Source of the DNA: Octopus vulgaris
Lineage: Eukaryota
Assembly (NCBI GenBank): GCA_951406725.2
Contig: OX597823.1
Location: forward strand, 108,190,001-108,254,000
DNA: 64,000 nucleotides
Direction of reading: 5' to 3'
Shown in pieces: positions 41,360-55,709 of the stretch (positions within the stretch are counted from its first letter, which is position 1; the number at the start of each line of letters is the position of its first letter). The notes under the pieces are model-generated. The model was not told the DNA's origin. It saw nothing but the letters and a program-made list of their open reading frames with translations, and made no database searches. A program made the position numbers and the translations under genes.

Positions 41360-41537
41360 TAGAACTAGAATCAAAGTCTCTCTTAAATCACACTCTGCCA
41401 TCTTAAAGCAGGAAAGACACACTAATATAGATCTAGACACTTCTAAAAACAGGATGGCCATGGCTAGAAATCTTTGCATATATGTCTGCAGCAGCTAGAT
41501 CATAGCTAAGCTAGGACTAAACAACAGCAACAACAAC

Positions 41538-41571
<34 letters not shown>

Positions 41572-43326
41572 ACAACAACAACAACGACAAGAACAACAAC
41601 AACAACAATAACAACTTTCAAAGATAATTCTACACAAAAACTTATCTTTAAACATTCATAATATTATTTTCCTTCTCTTTACTCACACCTCATTCTTTTT
41701 TTTTTCTCCCACTTCTTGTTATTTTTTACTTCATTTATTAACATGCACCGTGGAGCCAACAAAGTAGAGGGCTCTGTGTGGTCACTCAGCTGGCTAGAAA
41801 TATCAACTCAATCCACTTAAAACTGCTCTACAAAAAATGCTTTGAAGAAAAACTAGATAATTTAGTCCAAGGGAGAACATGGTTGAAAATTGGAATAAAA
41901 AAGAAGACATTGATTGGTCACAAATGAAATATGATGGGTTACAGATCTGTTGGATTGAGCCTGATCTGGATTAAATGACAACAACAACAACATCATGTGC
42001 CCTAAACAAATTAAACATTGGAAGCTGTGACTATACAGAAGAAAACCTTTGATTATTCCTATATTAAAAATAAACACATTTTGTCTTCTACAACTGATAA
42101 TACATTTAAAATAAAATAATAATTTATGACTGGCAAACGACAATAAAATATTTGCAAAGTTATTATAGAAGATTTACAGTCCTTCTTTCTTTCTTACTTT
42201 CTTTCTTTTTTAGGTGAAGGCCATACTCATGGATCAATTTTTATCTTCTGTTTTTACTTCAGACTTTTTAACCCCTGGTTAAACAAGCTGAGAATTTTGA
42301 AAGGCATTTAATTATCGATTCTCTGCTTGTTATATTTATGTATTTATTTATACATCTATTTATTTAGTTGTTCTCGTTGTTGTTGTTATTAATATCATTA
42401 TTATTATTATTATTATTGGCTGTTTTAAATATTTTTTGTTTCTGTTTTTAACACCATCTTTCAAATAAACTGTTGTTTATTTATAAATATATAATGCACA
42501 TTAACAGCTAGAAGACAAGTGTAAAGCATAAATCATTTAGAAGGCATGCCTGTAGACTGACACGAAAATACATGTTCACCAACAGATACACACACATGGT
42601 ATTTAGCAAACACACACACAAACAGTTGTAAAAAAATTACCAATAAAAATTTCACAAAATAAAGGATTTCCACCATACATAAATTAAAGAAGTTAACAAA
42701 ATTATCTAAGAAGTGAAAAAACACAAGAAATTGCAAAACACACATACTAACATAACGTTTACAAATATTATCTGTCATTCACATGCACACATGAGCGCAT
42801 GCACATATATGCACACTCATACATACATGCACAAATGCATGCACATGGACATACACACTACTCTGGAAAAAAGAAATAGTTACAAAAACGGTGCACATTT
42901 ACATATGTGCACGTTCACACAAATGTTTATAAAAACAAAATTCAAAAATAGAATGCAGAGGAGATAGAACTGGGAAACAAAAGAAGGGGGAGAGAAAAAC
43001 TTGTGAAATGGGTACAAAGTTAACAAGTCCATTCACACGCAAGCTATAAGGAGACATGAATGAATGCATACACACCCGTAATTACAGATATACATAATTG
43101 CAGACACATATGCACACGCATATACATATACACAGATGTATGCACATGCTGCAATGATCCACATTCACACACACACACACACAGAGAAAAAGAGAGCAAG
43201 ATAGAGATAAAGAGAGTGAAAGAGAAAGAAAGAGAGTATGAATACCATATGTTCCATGCATAATACTTCATGGAACATATTTATGTTTAAATGCCGCCAC
43301 TTTTGTTGCATAAGATATGTGAGGAT

Positions 43327-43432
43327 ACACACGCACACACACGCACACACACGCACACACACGCACACACACGCACACACACGCACACACACGCACACAC
43401 ACGCACACACACGCACACACACGCACACACAC
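43327..43432. repeat. (ACGCACACAC) x ~10 minisatellite
   Basis: Direct inspection. Confidence 0.9.
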
Positions 43433-43467
43433 ATATCCATATGTATGTATATACAGGTATATACATA

Positions 43468-44805
43468 TTTAGGGTCATCCTATAAACAATGTGTTTTTTT
43501 TTATACTTCTTTTATTTTTCGAAATTAAGATAAACAAAATTCTATTTTATTTGAAAAATATACTCTACATTATCTACAATGCTCTTCCATCTATCTGGTA
43601 GACTTGCAAGGTCCCTCTTCCAAATTTCAATTGACCATGACGAAAAATATTCCTTGTCTACAGAATTCATATATTTTCTGTCCAAATGATTTTGAAGACT
43701 GTGGAATAAATGATCATCAGAAGGAGCAATGTTCAGTGAATATGGTGGGTGGGGCATTGTTTCCCATTCAAACTGCTCCAGCCTTTCAAATGTCGTGGCG
43801 AGCTGGCAGAAATGTTAGCACACCGGGCGAAATGCTGTCTGTCTTTACGTTCTGAGTTCAAATTCCGCTGAGGTCAACTTTGCCTTTCATCCTTTCGGGG
43901 TCGATAAATTAAGCACCAGTTATGCACTGGGGTACATGTAATCGACTTAATCCCTTTGTCTGTCCTTGTTTGTTCCCTCTAAGTTTAGCCCCTTGTGGGC
44001 AATAAAGAAATTTTTAAAAAAATGTCATTCTTGCTGTATGTGGCCGAGCATTATCTTGATGGAAGAACACCTTTTGTCTTGAAAACAAAGATGGTCATTT
44101 TTCTTCTAGAACTGACTTAAGCCGCTCAAGCTGCTCACAGTAGATATCCTTTATTATCATTTGGTTTGGGTTTAAAATTTCAAAGTGGACTAAACCTTTA
44201 ATATACCACCGAACAGATAACAACACCTTACGTGGGTGAAAACCTTCTTCAGCCTGGGGTGCCAGTGTTTCTCGTTTTTCTACCCATTGTCTTCGGCACT
44301 TGACATTTTTATAGAGAACCCATTTCTCTTCACCAGTCATCGTTTGTTCCAAAACAGGTTCATTTGTGAGGTGTGACAGCAAAGAAGATCACACATTCAC
44401 TCTGCACGTGATTAGACTCAGAAAGTTTGTGAGGAACTCATTGACTTTGCAGGTGTTGATGAATGGTTGAATGACCAAATTCAAGATTCTTTGCTAGTTC
44501 CACAACAGTTACAATGGGATTTTGTTCCACCAGCATTTGCAGGATGTCCTTGTCAAGCTCTACATCTCTTCCTGGATGAAGCTTGTCTTCTAGGCTGTAG
44601 TTTCTGGCTCGGAATTTCTGAAACCACCATTGACACTAGCTTATGCTTATTGACCGATACCCATATACTGCATTTAATATTCCTCGCACTTTCCGTTGCG
44701 TTGTTGCTTTTATTGAACTCATAAATCAATATATGCTGAATATGTTCCTTTGTCACTTCCATTATGGCTTTGAAAAAATAACTGTGAAAATCAAACTGCA
44801 CCCTG
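43468..44805 (-). mobile_element. Near full-length decayed mariner (DD34D-type) transposon
   Basis: MEVTKEHIQHILIYEFNK (ATG at 44762), TGEEKWVLY, HPRKVLLSV, HQDNARPH and PHPPYS.NIAPSD.HLF.SLQNHL. Both ends retain AGGGT, but the TIRs are damaged. Confidence 0.9.
43795..44015 (+). mobile_element. SINE family B nested in the mariner
   Basis: Homology to family B. AAATGTC is repeated at 43788-43794 and 44020-44026. Confidence 0.9.
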
Positions 44806-44833
44806 TATATGTATGCATACATATATATATATA

Positions 44834-45200
44834 TATCGTTACAAGGATGTTTGCAAAAGGGACATGAAGGCCTGCAACATCAATATTAGCGGTTGGGAGG
44901 CAGTTGCTGGCAACCATGGAGACTGGCGACGTACCGTAAGAGAGGGAATACAAAGGAGTGACAGAGAGAGAGAGGAGAAATGGAAAGAAAAGAAGAGACG
45001 TCAACAAGAAACTATGGCATTACAACCAGCCAGGAACAGTCTTCACTACATTTGCGGTACCTGCCAGAGGGAGTGTTTGTCCAGGATAGGACTACACAGC
45101 CACAGCAGGAAATGTATCAGGACATGAAATGTAAAAGCCGGACTAGACTACTTTATGCGCAACTCCATTGTCTCCCGAGACAAAAAGGATGCCAACAACC
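44834..45200 (+). mobile_element. RTE-clade LINE 3' end
   Basis: RYKDVCKRDMK...WE..A.....WR...C..C.R.C.SRIGLHSHSRKC, followed by 3' UTR CCATTGTCTCCCGAGAC. Confidence 0.9.
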
Positions 45201-45269
45201 AACATATGCTTACACATATATATATGTGTGTCTGTGTGTGTATACATCCATGACAAAAGGCTTCACAAA

Positions 45270-45900
45270 TTAAGTCTGATACTTTTGAAAGGAATTACTC
45301 ACAGTCCTTAATTGATAATAGAAGACAATGGTCCAAGAAGTTTAAGATCCCAGAACTAAAATAAAAAAAAACAAGAAATATGTTGGAATTGAAAGTTCTA
45401 CCACACATTTCCACCAAGAATGATCTAAACATTGAAGCATAAAACACCACATCCTAAAACATACCAACACTGAAAAGAAATACCAAGACTGAACTAAATG
45501 TTCAAAATGCTTACCATCATAAAGAATGAAAGACAACCCATATAAATGGAAAAAATGCAAACTAAGGCCTGTCTTCTCACAATAACAGCAAGATCAGCAG
45601 TAAAGTAGAAGTGGAAGATCTAACTGTGATACATGTTTTAATCTGACAGGAAGATCAGATATTCCTTTTAAAGAAGGACAACCCTTCACAATAAAAGTAC
45701 CTTCTCCTGTGCATCTGAAAGCTTAATTTATACAATAACATGCTCAGGATGTGGAGAGAATTACATAGGAGAAACCAGGGTGTTCTTAAGATAATGAATG
45801 GCTTCGCTGAGATCTCAAATTAAAATGTGGTAATACAGACAATTGGCATATGTGCAGGTAAGAAACAAGCATATTCTATGATTTTTCCCAAAACCAATTT
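45270..45900 (+). mobile_element. Decayed Penelope-like element (RT C-terminus plus GIY-YIG endonuclease)
   Basis: ERNYSQSLID, IIKNERQP and FSCASESLIYTITCSGCGENYIGETR..LR. Confidence 0.8.
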
Positions 45901-46089
45901 AGCAATTGCACAACAACAATGCATCAAAGAAAGAAATAACTTTCAGAACTAAATACTGAACACTTCCAAATAACGGTTGGAGAGAAACTGACATGACTAC
46001 TTCTACTCCTGCAACCACCATTTCTGAAGCTGCCACCGGTGCTACTAGTTAAAATGGTAACATATTTTGATAAAAAGATGTAGATACTT

Positions 46090-46470
46090 TTTTTTATCCA
46101 CGATAAAGTTCTCAATGTAATATCTTCATTATACATACATATCTTGGCTCCCACTAAACAAATCAAAGAAAAAGCTTCAGCAAGTTTTGGCAATCTCTCA
46201 TCTTCCAGATAACTAATGCTCATATTTGCACCAATATCACGAGATGTTGATACCAAGTTGGTAACAAGGTCTTTATAGTTTACACATTTGTATTTCCCAA
46301 GGAAATTTTGCACTACTTTTGCAAATGTTAGCCAAGCTGATGCTTCATTTTCACGAAATTTGAGTCCTTCAAGCGCTTATGGATCTGTGGCCCATCAAAA
46401 ATCCCTGCTTTAAGTTTTTCAATCATCAAGTCTGGAAATACACTTCAGATATCTTTGAAGCACTCACCAT
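46090..46470 (-). mobile_element. Decayed DNA transposase fragment, probably Chapaev3-like (CMC)
   Basis: FPDLMIEKLKAGIFDGPQI and VQNFLGKYKCVNYKDLV..L......IGANMSI. The family assignment is from memory. Confidence 0.55.
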
Positions 46471-47561
46471 TTTTGCCAGGCTGTATTGGTCTTTGCTTTT
46501 TTCTTGGATAACATTGGTGGTGTGGAGAGGAGAGGCTGGTATGCATGGGCGACTACTGGCCTTCCATAAACAACCTTGCCCAGACTTGTGTCTTGGAGGG
46601 TAACATTCTAGGTGCAATCCCATGGTCATTCATGACCGAAGAGGGTCTTTACTCTTTTTAATATCACTCCACTCTCACCATTACAGCTATCAGCATCTTT
46701 AACACCATCAACAATGAACAAATGCAGTCACTCAATATGCTTGAAACAACTGCCAACTTGTGGTCACTCAAAATGCTAGAAATATTGGCCAAGTCTCTCT
46801 TAGATTACACCTTACTGCCACATATAAGGACAGGACACATTAAATAGTGTAGAGATTCACTTAAAATGACTGGATGGTCACATGTGGAATATCTTTGATC
46901 ATAAGTTTTCTGGTTAATGATTGATCTGGGGACTAAACTACACCAAGGGCAGCTTCCATGGCTCAAAAATGTGTCATCAACAAAACAGATGTCAACAACA
47001 ATACATTCAACATCATCACCAGCATCATCATCCACAACAAAATTGATCATAACAACAACAACAACACCATCTATAACAACTGTGACAACATGAACCAGGA
47101 TGACAATCTTTAATTGAGGCCTTAGGCAAGAATTGTTTCACCTATATCTGCCTGACCAGTTCATGGTTTATTCATGAGAAGTCTCTCCCACCAGATCTCC
47201 ATTAGGTAAAGGTTAACATATGACCCGTATTAGGTACTGGGATTGCAATCACAGAGCAATGGACTACACAACACCATTACTACATCCACCACAACAAAGA
47301 TGATGATGACGATGACCACCACCACCACCACCATCACTGCTTCCACCACCACTGCATGAATAATAAGAAAAGCTCAATAGAGCTGGAATTCAGAAAACAA
47401 AGTTGGTAAATAATACATGTAGAACCCTAGAAAAGTCTTGCACATTTTTACCATTCCATTTCTAGCTGGCTGGTCCTTTTGCCTGAAAATCTTAGCTTTT
47501 CTAGATTATAACTTAAATATTTCCCAACATACCTAAATGCACTAATAATAATTATTGATCT

Positions 47562-47945
47562 CATCATCATCATCATCATCATCATTTAACGTCCACTTTC
47601 CATGCTAGCATGGGTTGAACGATTTGATTGAGGACTGGCAAACAAGATGGCTGCACCAAGCTCCAATCTTGATTTGGCAGAGTTTCTACAGCTGGATGCC
47701 CTTCCTAATGCCAACCACTCTGAGAGTGTAGTGGGTGCTTTTTACGTGCCACCGGCATGGAGGCCAGTCAGGCAGTACTGGCAATGACCTCGCTCGAATC
47801 TTTTTACACATGCCACCAACACAGGTGCCAGTAAGGCGGCATTGGTAATGATCACGCTTGAATGGTGCCCTTTTATGTGCCACTGGCATGGAAGCCAGTT
47901 GGCTGCTCTGGCAATAATCATGCTTGGATGGTGCTCTTGGCACCC
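47562..47945 (-). mobile_element. Family D element
   Basis: Homologous to 39400-39735. Confidence 0.8.
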
Positions 47946-48799
47946 TATGTAAATTTTCCTTGAGCAGGTCACTCCATTCCATTCTGCAGTTAGAAACAAG
48001 CACCAACCTTCTGCAAGTTCAGTTTTTCTCCCTCCAAGTTGTCTAACCTTTATGTTGCGTTGGGTGTGTGGGGTGTTGAAAGGGTGTATGAATCTGCTCA
48101 CACTAGCTACATAGGTACCTAAAACAATTAATGAAAGTATGGTGCAGGTTTCCAGATCATACTCCCTTGTGGGTGATGGCTTAGCCAAATATAAATTTAT
48201 AATCAAGGGATAATAGCTGTTTGTTTTAAAGCAGTTATTCATAGATATTTTCCTTCTCACTGAAAAGAAATGTTAAAGAAATGTTCACATCTGCAGGGTA
48301 GAAATGTTTATGATTGTTTGTAAATTTCAGCTGAGTGCTGGGGTCAGTGTAATTGACTTGAACAGCACCTCCACTTTAAATTCCTGACTTTGTGCCAAAA
48401 TTTGAAACCAATATTATTTTCACCCTCAAGTTACAGAAAATATACATTTGCATAGCCTTTTTGTAGTACACAGTGTTGCCTTTCCAGGTTTTTGTTGAGG
48501 TACATTAGTCCTATAATGTTGTGGTTGCATGGAAGGTCATTGCAAATGAATACTTCTTGAGACTTGTACAATGTTGATGTCTTAAATAATCAGCACTCGG
48601 TGAAAGTATTTATGTTTCCTGTTTGAGTGGTGACATTCAAAGATTACCTGCACTGACTTTAAGATTCTTCCTCACCCTTTTCTTCCAAGAGATCATCTGT
48701 CAATATCTTTGTTTTTGTGGCAATTTGCTGTTAGGATCTTGTGGTTTTGAATGTCTATGGAGCAGGTTTCCTTTATAGACCAATCAAGTGTCCTAAATA

Positions 48800-49450
48800 T
48801 TGATGTCAGTTCTGATACTCTAAAGACACAGTGTAAAGTTGATACATAATGTATCAACTAGCAAGCAACAGGCCTATATTTTTCTGACAAGTTAGTGTTT
48901 TCAGTCTTGGCTATACAATTTATCCATGCCATAGTAATTTCAAAATCGATTATATAAGTTTTACTGCTGATTTTGGTGTAGTAATATTTCTCGATAGTGT
49001 CTAGCTATTATGTATTCTGATTAAAATCTCTCTTTTCATTCCAAATCTTAAATCAAAATGATTTAAGTCCTTTTTGATAAGAGGTTCTTTTGACTAAAAT
49101 ATTGTTTTTCTTCAACTTCCTGTATACAACTTATGGTTAATTCTGTCTGGCTCTAATATTTTCCTGATAAAGTTTTTCATCAGAGCCTTGAGTTCTTGCT
49201 TTGAAGTTTTAAATTCTTCTTCAAGATTGTGGCATGTAGAATCCCTATACATTTTTGCTGATTTTTCCAAGAAATGTAGTTGCTGTGCAGTGAATTTATT
49301 ATTCACTTCACAACTTCTGATGATATTTAAATATCTGACTCAGTCAGATTGTTTTATATTTTCTTTTAGTCTTGTTGTCCACCTGAGTTGCTGATGTTGG
49401 ATTATTTCATTACTGCCTACACTGCAGAGTCTTCAAGGTGTTCCTGCTGA
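48800..49450 (-). mobile_element. Decayed R4-like RT and upstream region
   Basis: KQELKAL...KEP..KKDLNHF*FKIWNEKRDFNQN...LDTIEK and KTENTNLSEKYRPVAC. The true extent is probably larger. Confidence 0.6.
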
Positions 49451-50692
49451 GTGACAGTAACTATATTCAATAAATGTTATCATATTCTTTATCAAGTCCC
49501 TAGTGATATCATCCATAACTTTTAACATCAGAGTGGTTTTCTTTTCCTTGGCCTTATCAAAAAAGGACTGTCATTTAAAACTAGCTTAGAGATACATGGG
49601 AAATTCTTTTCAAAATGGTTTGAAGCTATGCACATCCCATAATCATCTTAATTGGATTAGTTTTTCGTAAATGAATTTATATGGAAGCATCCAGTGGTGG
49701 GACTCCAGTTCAAGGGCTTAGGAGTTTGGGGAGTTTGGGGTGACCTTGTAGTTACCTCCACACCCAGGACTGCTCTGGTTCAAAGTGTTAGTGTCTGTCA
49801 AGAGTCAAGTTATGGGTCAAACAGTAGAAGATGGTCCTGTTAATAAGTCAGACTTAAAGAACTGCTGGCCCCTAGATATGTGCCATACTGCCTCACACGA
49901 GCCCCTGATATCATGTGAACCAATCCCCCTGCATAAAAGTTAAACAGACCCTGTGCTTCAAGAGTAAGCTTGGAAGAGCAAGAGACTGGCAGAGTTAAGA
50001 GAAAATAAACTGACAAACAGTTAACAGGGGAAACTGATGCTGTGTCATTCGCAAGAAAAATCATGAATCTACCAACTTTAATATGGAGGTTCCTGCTCAC
50101 TGGCACCTGTAGAAATGGCACATGAAGGGAGAGATAAATATAGTAGTTATCTTGTTGAGTGTAGGGATATTGGCAGTGGTTGTGTTGGCAGTAGTGAGTG
50201 GTAAGGCTAATGGTTGTGATAGTAATGGAAGTAGTTATTGTAGTGATGGCTGTAGTTGTAATGGTGATTGGTATATCAGTTCAGACACCAGGATTTAGGG
50301 CCAATATCATTGTCATGTACAGCTCATTTAAATTGAGCAAGGAACACATGAAATCAAGGACTGAAATTTAATCTGTCAAGGGCTGAAGGTAATTCTGTGT
50401 ATGAAGTATATATATAAAAGAGAATAGAGGTTATAGAAAACAGTGAACACAGAGGTAAAAAGTGAGTGAAAGTGACAGCTCTAAGAGGGAAGCTAAGTGG
50501 GAAAATTGCACAGTGTTGAGGTTAGATAATTTTGAAATAAGGATCCTACATTCATGTTAAATCACACATTTGATTGTTTTACTCTCTTCTCATAGTAAAC
50601 CAATTTATTCCACTTTTGAACTGGTTTTTTTTTTTTACATTATTTACATTATTTACAATTGATGGCTATTTGTCCTCATCTTGTTTGTTGTT

Positions 50693-50738
50693 AACACAAC
50701 ATTTCGGCTGATATACCCTCCAGCCTTCATCAGGTGTC
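50693..50738 (-). ncRNA. Minimal type I hammerhead motif, family H4
   Basis: Minus strand GACAC-CTGATGA-A-GGCTG(GAGGGTATAT)CAGCC-GAAA-TG-TT-GTGTT. Confidence 0.8.
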
Positions 50739-51745
50739 TTGGGGAAATTTCGAACCTGGGTTCTCATTCCTATGGGCACATGGTGTAGTGGTTAAGAGCG
50801 CGGGCTACTAACAACAAAATTCCGAGTTCAATTCCAGATTCAACATGACAAATAATGTGACAAGGCTGGCCCTTTGAATTACAGATACAACTCATTTTTG
50901 CCATCTGGGTGGACTGGAGCAATGTGAGATGAAATGTCTTACACAGGACACAATGTGCTGGCAGGAATCGAACTCATGATCCTACAACTTTATGATTGCG
51001 AGCAAAATACTCTAACTTCCCACCCTCTCTCCCTTACTTTCTCTCTTTCACTCCCTTTCTCTCTCTCTATATATATATATATGTAGAGAGAGAGGGAAAG
51101 TTAGAAAGAGAGGAAGAGAGAGAAAGAGAGGATAGATAGATAGATAGATAGATAGATTGATAAAGACAGACAGACAGATGAAGAGAGATTCAGACACAGA
51201 TATATGACAGGTATCCTCTAGTTTCTATCTACCATTCATTTAGCTTTTGTTAGTCTGAAGTATAGTAGAAGGCTCCAAACTTCTTAACTTCACAGTCATG
51301 CATATCATAAAAACAATAATTATTTAAGCCACAAAACAGCAAGAAGATTTAAATATATCCATGTTTAATTATGTGTTGAATTGTGGATGAATTAATTTGA
51401 AGGTTAAAAAGCTGAAGTTGAAGGAAGGATCTGTGTCCAGGAACCAAAATTATTGGTTTTGAGCTTCTCTAATCTTCTGCAACAAAAGTCATGTAATCTA
51501 TGACATAAGAGTTAACTTATGGATTTCTGCTATTTTATCAGATACCAGTGTTACGTTGATAATAATGATGTGCTAAGGACTATGATAAAGAAGTGACTTT
51601 GACTACGAGAGTTAGGTTTCTTGTAATAAGATTTGGTGCTTTAATGTAATGTGAGCCATGAATTTTTGTAAGTATCTCCCATCAACAGATTTTGGTGGAA
51701 GTGAGAGGAAGAGGTACAGGTTGGTAACTATAAGATTTAGAAATA

Positions 51746-51973
51746 TTAACCCTTTCATTACCAGCCTGGCTGAAACCACCTCTGGCTCTGTAGTACAAAT
51801 GTTTTGTTTCATAAGTTTTGAATTAAAATCTTCCACCAAACCTTAGTCACAATTTCTGTCCCTAACACTAGCTTAATGATAACTAAGTTATTTTACTAAG
51901 TTCTTTGTTATATTTTAAATAATTGAAAGTAACACAGAGCATCTCAACAGAAATATGGTAATGAAAGGGTTAA
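51746..51973. mobile_element. piggyBac-like MITE M2
   Basis: Perfect TTAA-CCCTTTCATTACC ... GGTAATGAAAGGG-TTAA. Confidence 0.9.
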
Positions 51974-53790
51974 GAATATCATTATTCTGGGTAGGATATA
52001 GAGCTTTTTATACCTCTGGGTAAGTTGTGTGAGAGAGAGGGAAAGAGAAACACAGTGAGGGAGAGAGAGAGAGAGATAGAGAGAAAGAAGGAGAGGGGTA
52101 TGTAGGCGTGCTGTATTTACTTCAAGAAGTAGTGCTTGTAGTCCACAGTTTCTGAATGATCAAAAGATTTCTCACATAGTTGCAGTCATGAACACACAGC
52201 AGAGATTGAGGTTTCATGACAATACTTAGAAGTGTCTTTAAATAACATGTACAAGACTAACTGATACACTAATCACTTACTTAAAAAAAGACTGGCTCCA
52301 GCCTTGACTATTAACGTTGTAGGTGAGATTGTTGAGAAGGGAGATAACTTAAATACAGCAAAACATCACTGCAACACAGTTACCCCAATCTTTGTTGTTG
52401 TCAAATTACAAGAACAATCTTTAAAATTTCATCTACCGTCGCTATGTCTAAAGGTGAGCTGTCAATTTGCCAAATAGGACTAAAATATATAGATTATCTG
52501 TAAAACAATCTTCTAAACTTATCATTTATCACCTCTACCTTCACTTGTTATCTATCACCACCACCACCAACAACAACATTATCACCATCACCATCACAAC
52601 CACCACCGCTATCACCAATAAAAAAAAAACAAGCCAAAATTTTATGAATCTTCAAAGTTACTTGTTCTATTCTCGTCCACCTTTTCTCAGTCTCATTAAA
52701 ACACTGTAAGGATGTTAAAATTGAGGAATTCAAACTTTTTTTTTGTGGCTTGTTTTGCATCTAATTTATTTTTATATATTTGTTTTTAAAGTCTAATCTT
52801 GCTTCCGACTTGTCCCAGTCTTTCCCCTTCTCCGTCCTACCAATTTCTTTTTTTCATCTTCTATTTTGTCTTTTACTTTCCTTAATTTTGTTGTAAGAGT
52901 TTTATCACATCACACTTTTAATATACATCTTTTATCATTAATGTATGTATGTGTGTACCTATGTATGCATCTACGTATTGTACTATGTTCATATATATAT
53001 ATAAGTATATATATATGAGTATATATATATATAAATGAATTAATATATATATATATGCATGCACATATCAATAAATACATTTATATACACACAAATATAG
53101 ACAATAGTCACACACACTCACACACATACACATATGTATAAATATTTACATATAAAATTATATGAATGTACATATTTGAATACGTGTGTATGTATGAAAT
53201 TCTGTTTACATACATATGAGCATGTGTATATGTATATGTCTGTGTAACTATGTGTATACATATCTCTTCAAAATAAGCTATTTTCCAAATAATAATTTCA
53301 TATTTTTATTCTTTTTCCATATTAATAATCACAGACTTTAATTTTTTGGTGCCAAAACTATTATTTTTTTCCTATTATCTTACATTAATATATTTTTTTT
53401 TCTCACACAGTTTTCCTATTTTTGCAATTCCTATATCTTATTTTTCACTTTTTTTTCAACATTCAATTTATTTCTCTGATATCTGAATTAGGAATCCCAT
53501 ATTGGATAAACTAAGTAAATAGGAGGGGTTAAAATATTATTTGTATTTGAAAAATTTTCTTTTACAAATCAGAGAACTTATACACATACATACGTATACA
53601 CATACGTATATATACAGATACACATATAGACGTATGTATGTATGTATGTATGTATGTATGTATGTATACACACATATAAGTGCAAAAATAGAAAGGGAAA
53701 ATATTGAAGTAAAAAAATACTCATTTCTCTCACTCAATCACACATTTTTACATTTTCCTTCAAAACCTCCTCGCTTTCTTTTAATCTCTT

Positions 53791-53827
<37 letters not shown>

Positions 53828-54469
53828 CTCTATCATTGTGTCTCTGTCTCTTTCTCTCTCTTGCTTTCTTTCTCTCACTGTTTGTGTCTCTCTCTCTTTC
53901 ACTCTATGTCTTCGCAATGACAAAATCAATGGCTAAAGGGGAAATAAAGACAGGCTGGGAGAACTGAGATAATAAAATATGATAAAATATAATGAAAAAA
54001 CACATCCAATTGTTGAAAAGAAAGGAATTAAAAAGCAACAAAAAAAAATTTTGATGGGAGAAGAAAAAGAATGGGGGAAGAAAAAATATAATTGAATGAA
54101 AAAAAATTTCTTCAGAAATAGAAAATGAATTATGACAATTCACACACACTCACACATATACACTCATACTCATTCATACACACACAAACATACACACTCA
54201 GCCTGTAAATGAAAAAAAAATGAGAATTATAGAAAAATTCAAAAATAAACATGAACATTCATACTGAAGCAAATGAAGACACACAGATGTGTACATACAA
54301 TCTCTAACGATCATGTGTGTGTGTGTGTGTTGGGTGTCTGTGTATGTGTGTATTTATACACACACATGTGCACATTGCATATACAGATATATTTAAATCA
54401 AATAATTCATATATGCTTATGTATGATTTCATTAAAATCAACCCATCTATCCATCTTTGTAGGTAGCTT

Positions 54470-54507
<38 letters not shown>

Positions 54508-55497
54508 TCTCTCTAGCAGTATACACACAGACACACACATAAAGATACATATGTATGTATGTATGTATGTATATACTATATATATATATATATATATACA
54601 CATACATGCATACATATGTGTGTATATATATATATGCATGAGTATATGCTTGCATATACTTATATACTTATACATGGATATATTTTTATATTTACTTACA
54701 TGGGTTAGATTTTTTAGTGCAGATATGTACATTTATGTACATATATAGATGAACATTATATATATGCATGTCTGTATGTTGTGTGTATATGCATATATAT
54801 ATACATATATATATATATAAAACTTCATTACTCTCTGCTTGGGATACTGGTTCCTAAACATCCAAAAGCAATATCTGTATTTCCAATTTTATTTCTTAAT
54901 ATTCTATTAATGGCTGAAATTAACCATATACAACCCATATATTTCCAATGTAATAGTAGATTTTTAATCTAGACTCCTTGTGAAACTATGTGTAGCTATA
55001 AAAAGCACATTATTAACTGTTATGAAAACCTCATCCTTCATTAGAATTACACCATAAGACAAAGCATATGTATGTGTGTATATGTGTGTCTATACAATCA
55101 CACACACTTGTAAACATATATACACATATATAGATATACCGTAAATGGATCCCACATATTTTTCCATAAACAATATTCCTGTTGTTGAATTATAGAGTAT
55201 CTCAGTAATATGACATTGCAAGTTAATAAACCATTGTGAGTAATGTACCATTCTCTACAATTATTTCCTGGCATTTGTGTACCTTTAGAAGAGTCAGATC
55301 TGTTGTAAATACCCAGGACAGTCTTTGCTCAGAATTATTCCCTCACTGTTATTGATGGCCCTGGCCACATAAGGTGGCCTCATTGGGTAAAAAGACTTGA
55401 TCCAAGCAGTGGTAGAGTGACGAAAGTATAAAACTGGGAAACGGCTTGTTGACTTGCAGCATAACTTCAACTCCTCTGCTGGGTATATATATATATA

Positions 55498-55709
55498 CAT
55501 CGCCATGTTGATTTGCTAGCCTCTGGACGCATTTTTTTTCTCTCCTTGTTTCTTTCTGAGTTTCTTTTCTGTGTATCTTTCTGTTGAAGAGCGTAGGCTC
55601 GAAACGTAAAAGACTTGTTTTATTTATATTCCTGAGCGACATACTAATACAATTGTTTGTTTGTATTCCACCTGCCTTCGTCTTTTGTTTATTTTCATAA
55701 AGCTTCCTG

